This document shows, one piece after another, positions 48,801 to 62,600 of a DNA stretch of 64,000 nucleotides. The stretch comes from Geosiphon pyriformis uo1 (lineage: Eukaryota > Fungi > Glomeromycota). Position 1 is the stretch's first letter; the number at the start of each line of letters is the position of its first letter. Location: positions 372,001-436,000 of the forward strand of contig JAAOMT010000034.1 in assembly GCA_016748015.1 (NCBI GenBank), read 5' to 3'. The position numbers and the translations under genes were made by a program. The notes beneath the pieces were generated by a model, which was given only the letters and a program-made list of their open reading frames with translations, did not search any database and was not told the origin of the DNA.

Positions 48801-51063
48801 TGATCAATAGAGCCACCCAAAAAGATATCCACCAAATGAAAGAAGCTGAATATATTGAGTATACCATGGAATTAGCTGGATTTGATTATGAATATGAAGT
48901 AAAAATCTACCACCAAATTGCAAGCCACACATACTCGACTCAAGAAACTCAAATTCAACAATTAAAGCAAATGAACATTCAATTATGTGAAGAATGCATT
49001 ATGTCTTGTGATGACAAATAGTGTTCAGAATGCTATGCTCTTAGCATTTCCCTGCCAGAGGAAAATGATGAAAATGAAATTGAATTTGGAGTATCCGAAC
49101 TGGTAAAAAAAACTACCAACCACTCTTATCTATCTTCTTGAAAAGCAACCACCTCTACAACTTAAATATTTCGACAACCATGGCCAAGGAATCAGACCAA
49201 AAAAAGCACACGAAATTGATGCTGGATATGACTTAAGATATCCAGGAAAAGATACTTTGGTTCTCCAATCAAAGTCTTTGACAAAAATCAATCTCAAAAT
49301 CACTCTTGAAATTCCACCTAGAGCAATAGTTCAAATTGCATCCAAATCATCATTGGCAAGCAAAAAAATCAATGTTAAAGAAGGAGTTATATATGCAGGA
49401 TATACTGGAGATATTATTATCATGTTACAAAATAAAACAGACAAACCATTTAGGATTGAACCCCAATAATTAACCCATTGTCTTATTGAACAAACTAGAG
49501 ATTAGAATCATACACAGTAACATTTTTCAAGATGAAAACCCTCAAATTGTCTCTAATTTCATCGAAATTATAAGACATACACTACTTCCAAATCCAAACA
49601 TCATTTTTACTATTGAAAATTACCATCTTTTGAAAGAAAAACTCTCTCGAATCAATATGGGTTCCTTGAAACCCCAACAACAAAGACAATTGAAACAATT
49701 GATAGCTGAATTTGCAGATATATTTGCAAAAGACAACAATAATCTTGGAAAAATGAATATTGTTTAACACCAAATCTATATAGGAGATGCTCCACCAAAA
49801 CGACAACAAACCTATCGAGTTCTACCTGCTAGCCACCAATTTATTAAAGAAGAGATCCAAAAAATGCTCAATAACGGATTGATTCAATCATCAAAAAGTT
49901 CATGGGCCTCATCAATAGTTTTTGTTAAAAAGAAAAACGGAAAAATCAGATTCTGTGTTAATTATTGACAATTGAATAGTGTTACAATTGGAGATGTCTA
50001 CCCTCTCTCAAAAATTGATAACATGTTAGATGCTTTAGGAAAAGCCAAATTCTTCTCAACTTTAGACTTGGAAAGTAAATACTGGCAAGTCAAAATGGAC
50101 CCAAAAGATAGACCCAAAACAGCATTCACCACTTAAAAAGGAAACTATGAATTCAATGTTATATCTTTTGGACTCTGCAATGCACCAGCAACATTTTAGC
50201 AACTTATAAATGTTGTCTATGAAGGACTCTTATGGCAATCAGTAGTTATCTACCTTGATGACACTAATGTATACTCACCAAGTCTTAAAGCCCATCTTAT
50301 CCACCTGCAAGAAGTTTTTTAACAATTACAAAAAGCAAGATTAAAGTTGAATATTGAGAAATGTCATTTTGGAAAAACAAGCTTGATCTTTCTTGGACAC
50401 ATAGTTAGTAAAAAAGGAGTCAAACCAAATCCAGGAACAATCAGTGCTGTCAAAAACTTTCAAACTCCCAGAAATACCACAGAACTATGAGGATTTGTAG
50501 GATTAGTCTCCTACTATTGGAAATTCATAAAGAGATTCTCAGAAATTGCCAAACTACTCAATTATCTTACCAACAAAAATGTGCCATACAAATGGACAAA
50601 AGAACAACAAAAAGCTTTTGAAACCCTCAAAACAAGATTGACAACAGTCCTAGTTCTTGCTTATTCAGACTTCAACAAACAGTTCTAACTAGCCACTGAT
50701 GTTTTACACATAGCTTTTGGTACCATTCTATCACAATTGGATGAAAATGGCCAGGAACAAGTCATTGTCTATGTTAGTAAAACACTCAAGCCAACAGAAC
50801 TCAAATATGGCTCAACAGAACTAGAAACTGCCACAGTCATTTGGGCTCTCAAACACTTTCAACAATACCTGAAGAATAAAAAAGAGTTTGACATCATAAT
50901 TGATAATATTGGCCTCAAATGGCTCAATAAAAACAAAAAAAAACAAAGTGCCAAACAGTCTCAATGGAATGATTTTTTAGCAGACTACAAATATATAGTA
51001 CATCACAAACCAGGAAAACTACACACCAATATTGACAGCCTTTCAAGAATGAGACAATATTAA
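45810..51063 (+). pseudogene. Element C polyprotein (dUTPase partly deleted)
   Basis: GTG at 45810 and ATG at 46527. CCHC remnant, ILDSGS, Cys-rich domain, DAGYDL, YLDD, RNase H. Ends SRMRQY-TAA. Confidence 0.9.
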
Positions 51064-51130
51064 TACCAAAATCAATACCAACAAAACACCAACAAACTTA
51101 ACAGCAAAACAAATAACAAAATCAACAACA

Positions 51131-52516
51131 ATAGATCTAAAAAACTACAACAACATCAAAAACTATTTGGAGACTCTCACCATGCCAGAAAATTGGTCTT
51201 CAAGTAAAAAACATTGATTACAATACCAATCCAAACAATATTTTATACACCACAACAAATTTTATTACAAGAATCATAGAAATCCAAACCAACCACTCAG
51301 ATTAGTACAAGAGAATGAAAAAGAAACAATCTTATACAACATGCACACAAATCCTTCTTCAGCACACTTGGAAAGAGATGGAACAATACAAAGAACTTTT
51401 GAACATTACTTTTGGCCTTAAATGCAAAAAGACATTCGACAATATATAGAATCTTGTAATAGTTGTCAAAGAAAAAGAGAAACTCACCCCACAGAACCTT
51501 TAAATCCAATCAAAGTTGGACAACCTCTTGACAGAGTTGGAATTGATTTAATCGGACCATTACCTATCACAACTCAAGGAAATCATTATATTGCAGTTGC
51601 AGTAAATTATCTCACCAAATAGCCTGAAGCTAGAGCCATCTAAAGAACAGATGCAAAATCAGTAGTAAATTTTATCTATGAAGACATTATTTGTAGACAT
51701 GGATGCCCAATTAAACTTTTATCTGATCAAGAAACACATTTTGTGAACAACTTGATACAAGAAATTTGCGAACAATTTAATGTCAAAAGACCTCTATTAT
51801 TACCTTATTACCTCCAAACAAATGGATTTGTAGAACATTTCAACAGAACATTGTGTGAATCTTTAGCCAAAGTTTCAACAGATTTTGAGCAAAAATGGGA
51901 TATTTTTATTCCATCAGTGTTACTAGCATACAGAACACTAAAACAAGATACTATGAAACACACACCATTTGATCTTACTTATGGAAGGACAGCAACATTA
52001 CCAATTAATTTCACAGTAGAAACATATCCTGTGCAACCAATTAATGAAGAGAACTTTCAAGAAACACTCCAAAGAAAGGCCTACACCTTTTTTAATACAC
52101 TGGAAGAAAAAAGAAAAATAGCAGCAACTCATATTGAACATTCTCAAGCTTAACAAAAAGAAAGACATGACAACAAATTACCACCTATAACCAACGAATT
52201 TAAAGTTGGAAATAAGGTTTTCTTACACAAAACTAAGGCTGAAAAACAATGGAGTGGAAAATTTGAAAACAAATGAGATGGACCATTTTATATTCATGAA
52301 ATTTTAGGCAATAGATTATACAAGTTAAGACTTAATGACAAAGTACTAGCAAAAGTTGTACATGGAAATAGATTGAAACACTATCATTTCAGAAACAATC
52401 CTGAACCATTAATTCCACAAATTGGTACACATTTCTCTTTAATTAATTCTGAAGATATTCCCCGAAATTTAAAACCAATAATTATAATAGAACAACAACC
52501 AAACTTGAACACTTAA
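51131..52516 (+). pseudogene. Element C stand-alone integrase ORF (461 codons)
   Basis: Same 1386-nt span as in A and B. VGIDLIGP, LLSD, NGFVE and GPF motifs. The start reads ATA. Confidence 0.88.
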
Positions 52517-52679
52517 TTCAACATAATTTTACAATAATCTTTTTAATAATACACAAAGACAAAAATAGTAAATAATTACAAAAACACCCAAAACCCAAAA
52601 ACAAATAAAACCCCATATTCAAAAAAATAATAATAATAATTTCTTTATTCTTCCTTTTCATTAATTAGTCAATTTTATC

Positions 52680-53387
52680 ATGATTATTCCCCGAAATATT
52701 CAACAAATATCCCAAAAATTAATGTTAGTCTTGAAAACACTTCCTAACTTATCCATAACGATTAATAGAAGTCAAATTAATTACATTCAGAAAGAAACCA
52801 CAGCCCCAATAGTAAATAATTCTCAGAACTATCCCTCTTATAGAAGAAAAACAAAAGGTCACTCTGAAAATAGGTTACCAGAACTTTTGAAGCAAGCACT
52901 AAAAAAAAACCTTTTAATTGCCCCTATTGACATTCTACCAAATGCCACAATGCAACAAAAACTTCTACTATTCCTCAATGAACAAAACAATAAACATACC
53001 CTTATATATAGATATTTTCATATTGAAAAAACACTTTATGAACGAAAACTGGAGCTTGAAGCAACCAACATTACTCCTGAGGCTATACAAAAACAAATTC
53101 ACAATGAATTCAAGACAGCAGCTGGACTAACAAACACTCGCTACAAACTTAGAGCAGCATTTAGACTCTATGATTTATTCAACATTTGTGAAAACATTCT
53201 ACAAAATCCAATACTCCATCCAATGAAGATTCAATACATTGGAAAGTTCACAGAACTGAAATTCCAACAATTTTCAGACCAGATCACTTCAATTATTTTG
53301 GACCACTATTTTAACATCACAGACAGTACTTGGACTTCAATGAAGCTCAGTTTTGAGGAGGAAATTATGTTACCAGTGGAATTTTAG
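52680..53387 (+). CDS. Element C accessory ORF3, 235 aa, unknown function
   Basis: Intact diverged homologue of the A/B ORF3 that ends inside the 3' LTR. Confidence 0.85.
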   Translation: MIIPRNIQQISQKLMLVLKTLPNLSITINRSQINYIQKETTAPIVNNSQNYPSYRRKTKGHSENRLPELLKQALKKNLLIAPIDILPNATMQQKLLLFLNEQNNKHTLIYRYFHIEKTLYERKLELEATNITPEAIQKQIHNEFKTAAGLTNTRYKLRAAFRLYDLFNICENILQNPILHPMKIQYIGKFTELKFQQFSDQITSIILDHYFNITDSTWTSMKLSFEEEIMLPVEF

Positions 53388-54337
53388 CTATTAATTAGCA
53401 CGAAATTATCTTCATAATTCCTATTATTAATTAGCATATTATTATCATTTCGATTATCACTTATTAAATTAGCCAAATTATCAAATATCATTACTCAATC
53501 AATAATCCGATTTGTACTCTAGAAATTAAGATGATCAAATTACACAATACCCTGAACCATTTAACATAGTCAAAATTCGCCGAAATTAATGAAAATTCGC
53601 CGAAATAATCAATAGTTCAGTGAAATAACTTGTAAATTCGCTGAAATGTATCTTTAGTTCACCCAAATTGTAGCAAAGAGAAAAGTGCAAGTTCAAAAAC
53701 TAGTACTACAACAAGTTGTATAAAAGAAGAGCTTTTCTCTTCAAGAAAATGTATTCTTCCCATATTTTACCATAGTATCTTACTTTAGATATCTTAATTG
53801 AAACAAATCACTTTTTACAAAATCAAATAAAAATTAAATATTCGAAAACCAAATCTTCAAAATTATTACACTTGAAATTCCCTCAAACACAACTAACATT
53901 TTGAAATTGATTAGCTACCAATTTCAATAAGCTGTCAGTGACTCCAGGCCTGGATAGAAAACGTTTTCCTTGATAAAATCCTATTTCTTTTACATTTCTT
54001 TTATTTTTATTTTTTTTTCTTATTACAATCATTAGGGTAGCCTACAGACAAGATTCTTGTAGAAGAGTTGACTTTCACAGCAAAGTAACTACACATTTTT
54101 AATGAGCTTCCAGACAAGCAATTCCTGGAAAAGAGTTAATGTTTACTACAACATAACTACATAAAGTAACTAGCAAGGAATTGGCCATTCCACTTATAAG
54201 CCCAGCAGTTCAAATTATAGGAGATAATTTGAAGATAAATTCAGTTACTGGAGGTTCAACTACTTCTAGAAAACGTGAATTTGCAACCAACAGACATTTA
54301 CAACATTCAAAAAAAGAGACCAAAACCTCCGGTAACA
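53368..54337 (+). repeat. 3' LTR of element C (970 bp)
   Basis: TGTTACC...GGTAACA termini. Confidence 0.96.
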
Positions 54338-57300
54338 ATGTATTAGAAGTTTAAATATTATAAGTCAAAGATTACTAAAGATACAGCTGTTAGAAAAGCT
54401 ATTGACTATCATATAGAAAATTTCTGTTCTAACAAAAAACATATGATAAAAAGCATTCTGAAATGTCCATTTTGTAAAGTTGTTCTGGACTATTTAGTGG
54501 TAGATGATAAACTAATAATAGAATCTGATAAGGTAAAACTCAAAGTTAATAAAATCATGGAAAAGTGGACAAGAAAGCATTTGGTGCTTCTAAAGATGCC
54601 TAATCTGTGGTTTTGTTAATATATGCCTCTGGATTATGTGGATAATAATGCTTTCTCTGACATAATAAAAGAAATTGATATGGGAGAATTGTTTTTAGTT
54701 GTTAATAATCTGCCAAATGGTAAAGCTGCTGGATTGTTAAAAATATCCAATGAACTTTGGAAACATTATGGTAATAAAGTGTTGGCCTATCTTTTGAAGC
54801 TGTTGAATTTGTGTTTAATTTTGGTGTGGTTTCAATTCCTTAAAGAAGAGCATGGGTTTTGATAATCCTGAAATTTTATGATTGGAATAGCATTTTGACA
54901 AATATTAGACCTATCATATTAGTCGAAACAGCTTGGAAAATTTTGTTTAAAATTCTTTTTGATCAGATATCATTAGCTTACAGCAAATTTGACATTCTTT
55001 GTGGTGATAATTTTTTAGTGTTGAAGGGCATTTTGACTTAGTCTCCTATCTTTGTTATTGGATTGGTTATTGAGGATGCTCTGAAGAAAAATAGAAAGCT
55101 TTGGTTGGTGCTTTAGAACATGTACAAAGCTTATAACTTAGTAGACTGGCATTATTTGAAGGCTAGTTTGCTTTACATTAAAATGTGTAATCAGTTTATC
55201 AAGTTTTTTGGCAACATTTATAAAAATTGGATTTATAGGGTAATAACAGATTTTGGTCTTTTTAATGATTATAGAATACATGACAGTTTGAATTAAGATG
55301 AGGTTTTTTCTCTATTTCTTTAGAAGATCTTCTATAATTTGCTTTTGTGTGAAGTAAAAAGACATAAGCACTTGTGCAAATACAGAATTAATATTAGGTT
55401 TGTGGCAAAGTCTGGCAGGATTGAAATGGTTAGAGAAAAGACTTCTTTTTTGGCTTTTGGTGTCTTTGTTGATAATACAATTTGGGTTGGAAGTTGTCAA
55501 ACTTTTACACAATATATTTTGAATATTGCTAGTGAGTTTTTTAAAGTCAATAACATTTTAATCAATAATAATAAGACAGTAGTTATTCTAATTAATTAAG
55601 ATATTAAGTTTGCTTCTCTGTTAATTAATAATTCATTAATTTTGATTGCTAAGAGAGGTGAGACACACAAATACTTAGGTATTTTCTTATCTACTAAAGA
55701 CTTTTTTAAGCTTAGTTTGGTTTAAGCTTATATAGATGTCAGGTTTTTTTCTAATGTTGTGTTGAAGAAGGCTATTACAAATAAACAATTTTTATACTTA
55801 GTTTTGGCTGTCTTGCAGCCAATTGTCAGCTACAGAACACAGTTTAGTTTTGTTTCTTTAGGTGTGTATTGCAAATAAGATGTAATGATCAGAAGGAGTC
55901 TTAGAGCCAAGGCCAGTTTATTACATAACTTTTCCAATAAGATTTTGCATTATTCATCTTTATATGGTTTAAAACTTTTTAAGCAAGTGCAGTATGAAGG
56001 AAAGCTGGCTGCTTTGATTTCTTTTTCTAATGTCTGTGGTATTTTAGATTATTTATTTAAGCATAAGTTTTTGGATTTGCAAGTTCTAAGGTAGTCTTTT
56101 CTAAATCTTTTGCAATTTTGTATTAGGTTATATGTTAGTCCAGTAAACAATTTTTTGGCTGAGGTGGTGAAAATTTTTTTGGAAAATGAGTTGTCTTTGG
56201 CAAATAATTTACCTAATGCTTTTTATGAGTCTAGTAGATTTTTAATGTCTTATATCTTGGAGCAGCTCTTGTATTATGATTTAGTTCTGTCTTTAAAATA
56301 GTTTGGTGTTGCTTTTAATAATAGACTCTTGGACAAAAAAAAAAGAGTAATAGACTGGAAAACATTCCAATAGTAAAAAAAATTAGATTCAAGGGACTTT
56401 ACATCTCATTGGTTTGTATTGGCATCCGAGTTTTGAGCAAAAGTGTTTTTTTAGAAATCAAGTCTGCTGTAGTTTCCAAAATGTCTGTAATAGACATCTT
56501 GGGATTTGAGGTTTTCTTTAATGTGCATGGTAGTTTGTTGGAAGTTTGGTCTGATTGTATTGAAATTTACACAGATGGGTTCTTGAAAAATGCTGGTTTA
56601 GCTGAAGTAGTGGGTGGGATGACTGTTTACTTTCCAGCAGTGGAAAGAAGTGTTGGGGTGAGAGTGAATGGGTGCCTGTTTTCCATTATGGCCAAGTTGT
56701 AAGCTGTTGTCTTGGCTTTAAAGTGTGTTCTATCTTCATGTTTTGTAGTTTTTTACTTGAACAGCCAATCTATTATTGACACTTGTATATCTGAGACTTT
56801 GTTAACTGTGCTTGATTTCCATAATTTTTGTTGAATTGAGGGATTACATATAGTCAATTTTCTTAGAAATAAAGACATTTTAGTAAATGAGATAAAGATT
56901 AAAGAACATTTAAGAGTGCTAAATAATGTTAAGGCAGACATGATAACAGATAAAGCCACTTTTTTTTCTCTTTTTTTGCCAATTGGGATTCAAGAATGTT
57001 TTTTGGTTGCTGAGAATATTGCCATGTCCAATAATGCTTGTTATTTTGTTTATAACATATACTAATCAATTTGTTGTGCTTATTGGGAGACTGGTTCTGG
57101 TTGTAATGTAATTCTAAGTATTATAATTAGGGAAATAGATTAGAATACTACTATAAAAGTTTGGCAATTAGATTTGCACATGTTTTCTGAATTTATTAGT
57201 TAGAAGTTAGCTAATTTGCAGATATATTTGATAAAAGCAGTACATAGACAGCTGTCTGTAGTGGTTAAAAAAAAATTATATAACAAGAGTTATTCTGAGA

Positions 57301-58745
57301 TGTTGTGCTTGCTGTATGATAAGATAAAGTTGTCTGATTATGTTTTTATATGTTTTGGTAACATTGGCCTCTATAGGGACATTTTGGCTAAAGTTGCCAA
57401 GAAGTGAATATCATTAACAGGTCCTTTTTGCTCATTTATATCAGCCATTTTGCACTCACTTTTGTTATGTTTTTTAAATGTAAGCCTATATATTGTGATT
57501 TGCAAAGATTTTGTTTTATACAATTGGTATACTGAGGCTGTTTTGAGCTTTAAAGGAAAAGAAAATGCTGTTTTGGCCTTTGTCAATTATATCAAGTTTG
57601 TGATAGAACTACATCACACTAAAGTATAACTTATTAGGTTTAAGCATAGAGTAGATATAGAAAGAACTGGCTTGATTAAGAACAATGATTTAATTTTAGA
57701 CTTGTTTTACTGTTTAGTATCTATATTATTTAATAAAGTGGTTTGTATGCTTGGTGTTATAAAATTTTTTGCAGTTAGTTTTAATAGATGCAGATTGTAT
57801 CATTTTTTTTCTGGTTTAAGTGGTAATATATGTGTTTACATAGACATATAGTATAATTTTATCTGGTCTGAATGGTTGACCATATGTAGTAAGTATGTAA
57901 GCTATATTTAGTTTGATCTATTTAGTTTGGTTTTATGTACTAAATAGTAGTTAAACTTCACTTATTAAATTTATAATAAAAAAAAACAACAAATCCTAAA
58001 AAAATTTATTAATACAAATAACCAAATTAGAACTGTATATTAAAAAATTATTAATTATATTACTAATCAAACTATTTGTAAAAATTAAACTATTAAATTT
58101 ATAAAATATTTATATATTAGTTATAAAAAATTATATATTTAAACAGTACCAAATTATAAAATTATATACAAATTTAACCAAACAAATAATTATATTTAAT
58201 ACATTAAAAAAAACACAAAAAGCTTCTATAAATTAATTTTAAAAAATAAAATTCTTAATAATTACTATATATAAATAATTATTAATTTTTATATTAAATA
58301 ATTAACAAATTTTTAAATAATAAATTAATAATAATATGTTAACTTATTATGATATTTGTAATAATAATTTTTTAACAGCAATATTTAATTTATATTAAAA
58401 TACATAATTAAAATTTTTTAATAAATTATAATACAAACAAAACATATTTAAATATAAAGTGTTATATAATTTTTTTTAATATTATTAGCAATTATTTGTA
58501 TAATTCTTTTATAAAATATAAGTATATTATAATAGACAAAAATTTAATTAATTCAATATATATATATTTATTTAAATACTAAACTAAAACTGTTTGTAAA
58601 AAATTAAAATTTTTAATTAAAAAATTATTTATATATTTTATAATATATTTAGTTTTTTAGACAACAAAATTAATAAAATCAAACAGATTATATATAAAAT
58701 AACAAATATTACCAAAAACAAAATAATTATAAACAACCAAAAACT

Positions 58746-58789
58746 ATTTTTTATTTATTAATGTTTTACGAGTAAGATCTAAATGCCAT
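58746..58789 (-). mobile_element. Extreme 3' end of another LINE, interrupted by element D
   Basis: ttttttatttattaatgttttacgagtaagatctaaatgcca resembles ttttaacgtttaacgagtaaagtccaaacactg at 1500-1535. Confidence 0.55.
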
Positions 58790-59627
58790 TGTTATTCATA
58801 GAATATAGGAAGTATATTAGCATAGAAATTAGCCAATCAGAAGTAGCCGTAGTAAAAGTGGAATTCCAGAATTCTTTTTATAGGAATTGCAGAATTCCAG
58901 GAATTTCAGGATTCTTGTACAAGAAATTATAGGATTCCTTTTAAAAGAATTGCAGGATTCCTGGTGTAAAGAATTAAGGAATTGAGGAATCTCAATTATA
59001 TATATATAGCAGTAGTATTAGAAGTAAAAAAGACAAATTTTTTAATTTAGATTTGATCTAAGCAACCTGTCTATTCACAAATATTAATAAATAATTATTT
59101 ACTATCTTAATCCACTCTTCACTATTAACACTTCCTGTTGATAACAATCAATACTTAAACCACACTAGAACAATAGCTCTTGATCACAGCTATTGACAGG
59201 ATATTAACATTTATTGTCTTGGCTTATTTCTTTTATTTTTCTGTTATTTTCTTTTATTTCTTTTCTGTTGTTATTTCTTTTGTTGTATGAATTGATTAAG
59301 GATTAAAAATACTGAGATAAAAACGTTATAGAGACTGGTAAAAAACCCATAAAACAAGGATAAAACATTTATAGATTTGAAGATAGCTTACCAGGAGGAT
59401 TACCAGCCACCATGTTAAGAAAAAAATTCGATGAAATTGCGATTCTGGAAGACTACTGAAAACAATTATTGAATTTCTGTCTATTATACAAAAGACTCAA
59501 CCAAAACCTTCAGATAATGATACCTTCGGATCTATAATACTTTTAACAACCAATATCAAGCAAAACATTGTGCACCAAGTTATGGATTTGGTATTTGATT
59601 TGAGACCCCAAATAATTACCTGTAACA
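58790..59627 (+). repeat. 5' LTR of element D (838 bp)
   Basis: TGTTA...TGTAACA followed by TTTGGTACTCT. CCAAT box at 58833, GGAAT-N6-ATTCC repeats and a TATA run near 58997. The partner LTR lies outside the window. Confidence 0.8.
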
Positions 59628-62600
59628 TTTGGTACTCTTTGTGAGATATAATCCTACAAAGAACTAGCACCAACAACAATTATCCAAAAGTGGCAAAATC
59701 AGAAATTATAGGAGCAAACTATTTAGAATTTGCCAAATCTTTGTTTCAACAGTACAGCCAACAATTAGAATTAAACAATAATTATTTTTCAGCAGAATCA
59801 GCCTTTAATTTTTATGTCAATGATAAAATCACAGACTGCTTAGGAGGAACAGTTAATATTAAATCTGCAAGAGAAAATTTCTATACAGAATTGTTTCAAC
59901 ATATCAACTTACCAAAAAACTACAGTTTTGCACTAATCATTAGAGAGATCAATCAAACCATTAAAAGATACACCCAACAACAATTCCCTATCACCTATGC
60001 AGACAAAGGCAAAGAAAGATTGCAAACACCAGTAGTAACACCCAAAAAGATACAACCACCCACTTGGAAGAAAATCAGAGTTGAATCACCAACCAATCCA
60101 TCATACTATTATATGCCAAGAAGTGCCATCAATATTTTCTCAGCAGATGCATCCACATTAAATATGACATCAACTTTTGGATAATTCCCATTTCAAAGTA
60201 AACAAAGAAGAGTAGAATTATTAGAATCATATGACAAATATTTTGAAGGATTTAAATTATGATCACCAATGCCATCAAGATTTCAATTACCACTATCTTA
60301 ACCAAATTTTGGAATCATGAGTTCATGGAAAGTAACAGAATTAGAAGAAGAAAGTGAGGATCAAGAATTTAATTACCAAAATTCGATCCTAGAAAATCCA
60401 AAAGTTGAAACTCTGAACATTCAAACCCAGCAAATTCAAAACAATCCAAACCCCAAAACAATTAATTAGCAAAACTTACCTCTAGTAATTGTCATCGATC
60501 AGCCATCAATTGAACCAATTCTTGAACCAATTCAATAGCAGCCACTTCAGCAACTTATTTAACAACCACTTCAACAATCCTAGCAGCTGCTTCAACAGTC
60601 ACAACAACAACTGCAATTACCACCATCTCAACAACAAATAACATATGCATCAATTGCAAAGTTGGAAAAAATTTTTAGTGAAGAGGATGATGCCCAAGCA
60701 TAGATCAATAATGTCACTAAAGTCATCACTACCAATAACTAAGATGACGCCAAAGCGCTTTAAGCAATCCTCTATTTTCTTCAGAATGCCATTGACTTGT
60801 GGTATTATAGTCTAGTTCAGAAACCCCAAACATTCAATACATTTAAATTGGAATTTTTAAGATATTTTAGTAACAACAACAGTATTAATCACTTGGCCAA
60901 CACCTTTACTACTATCAAATAGGAAGATACTGAAGCAGTTACTATTTACTTAGAACATTTTCATTGAAATCTGCACCAAATACAAGTCATTGACGCTGAT
61001 TATTTCACCACAGCCCAGATCTTGAATCAGTTTATTCGCAAATTGCACAGTAGCATTCTGCAATACATATGTTCTATGTACCCACAAACCCTCTAAAATG
61101 CAGTTACTAATGCACAAGATTTCGAATTCATGGAATTAGAAGTCAACTATGTTCAAGCAGTAAATCTAGTAATGAATGAATCATCTAACTTGGATTCCAA
61201 ATTAAAGCAATTCAGTGATTCTATCAACCAAAAATTAGAGAGATACTTAGCTAATAATCAAGCAATTTATCAATCTCTACAATAATGCAATAATCAAGGA
61301 AATACAAATTGCTTCCAGAATCAGTTGTGTTCATTATCCTTCACCAATTAACAGTGGCAGCAAGAGATACATGTTTGCCATTATTGTGATAAACAAGAAC
61401 ATTTGAGAATTAATTGCAAGTTAAGAATAGAAAACCAATGATTGGAAAATTAATATTGAAACCCCAATCACCAGTTTCAAACTTCGAGTTATCAATTAAA
61501 CTTAGAACTATATTAACTAAATTACATACCTATAACACAGCAACAAATTTATCAACCACCAATTTATTAGTCTTTAGTATCCATAGTTTATCAACTGCAG
61601 TCCCAATCTATCTATCAGCCACAGCCTTAAATAATATATCAACCATTACCAATTTTAACACTGCCATCAAACCTAGCTCAGATAACATCAGGGAATTCCA
61701 GATTAAGGGTTACCCAAAACTGGAAATTGTTAATAATTGTCTACCAACTAATCTCCAGTTTCTCCAACTAACTATTGGGATCATGACAGTAGAATTCAGG
61801 AACCAGGTACACCCAAAATCTGAATTCTCAATACTATTTAAGTTTCCTGGTTACTCCAGAAGATACCACACCCAATACACTGGAATTCAACCAATGGGAA
61901 GCACTTACCAGTAATATTCTACCAGCTATCATTACTGAGAACGAATTACTGAACACTATCTTCTCATTTGAACTCGAAGAACTGTAAATCATGTCATTAT
62001 TTAGTGAAGTCACTCTTGAAGAAAAACCTATTACTGCTATGTACACTGATACCAAAGTTGATGGCCACTCTATCAAACTGATCTTAGACAGTAAATCAGC
62101 TGGCAGTATCATCACAAGACAACTCATGAACCAATTAGGTTGTCAAATTGACTGAGCTGCCAGTGCATGAATCATTACTACTGATGGAGTGACCAAAACT
62201 CTGATCAGTGAGATTGATAACTTCTCTATAGAAGTCAATAACATCATTGTGCCAATCAAAGTATTAGTCATGGAAGCCACTCAATACCAAGCACTTGTTA
62301 GCAATAACTGGTTGTCTAAAACTAATGCAACACTTAATTAGAACATACAGGAGCTTCAACTTAGCTAGAATGATCAACACATATGTGTGGCTACTTCAAG
62401 ATTACTACCAATGACAAGCCACTTATTGAATTAGAAGAAAAAAAAAAAACCTATCTGGAAAGTGTACCAAGTTTCCTGGACCAACACCAAATACAACAAG
62501 CTACTATCAGTCCTTTCCTGAAACAATAAAGAAAAAGAAAAAGAAGAAGACACACCAGAAGAAGATGTTACTGCAGAGGAAATAACTAGTGGTTGGGAAA

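Larger units (their letters stand above)
44814..54337 (+). mobile_element. Ty3/Gypsy-like LTR retrotransposon C (diverged subfamily of A/B)
   Basis: Paired LTRs, TSD ATGT (44810-44813, 54338-54341), PBS, PPT and the same three-ORF layout. Confidence 0.97.
44361..57986 (+). mobile_element. 5'-truncated degenerate LINE (about 44361-44813 and 54342-57986) split by LTR element C
   Basis: Collinear with the LINE ORF2 from 20390 onward. RT FVDN, RNase H IYTDGF, stop at 57849-57851, 3' UTR and poly-A at 57978-57986. Confidence 0.9.
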
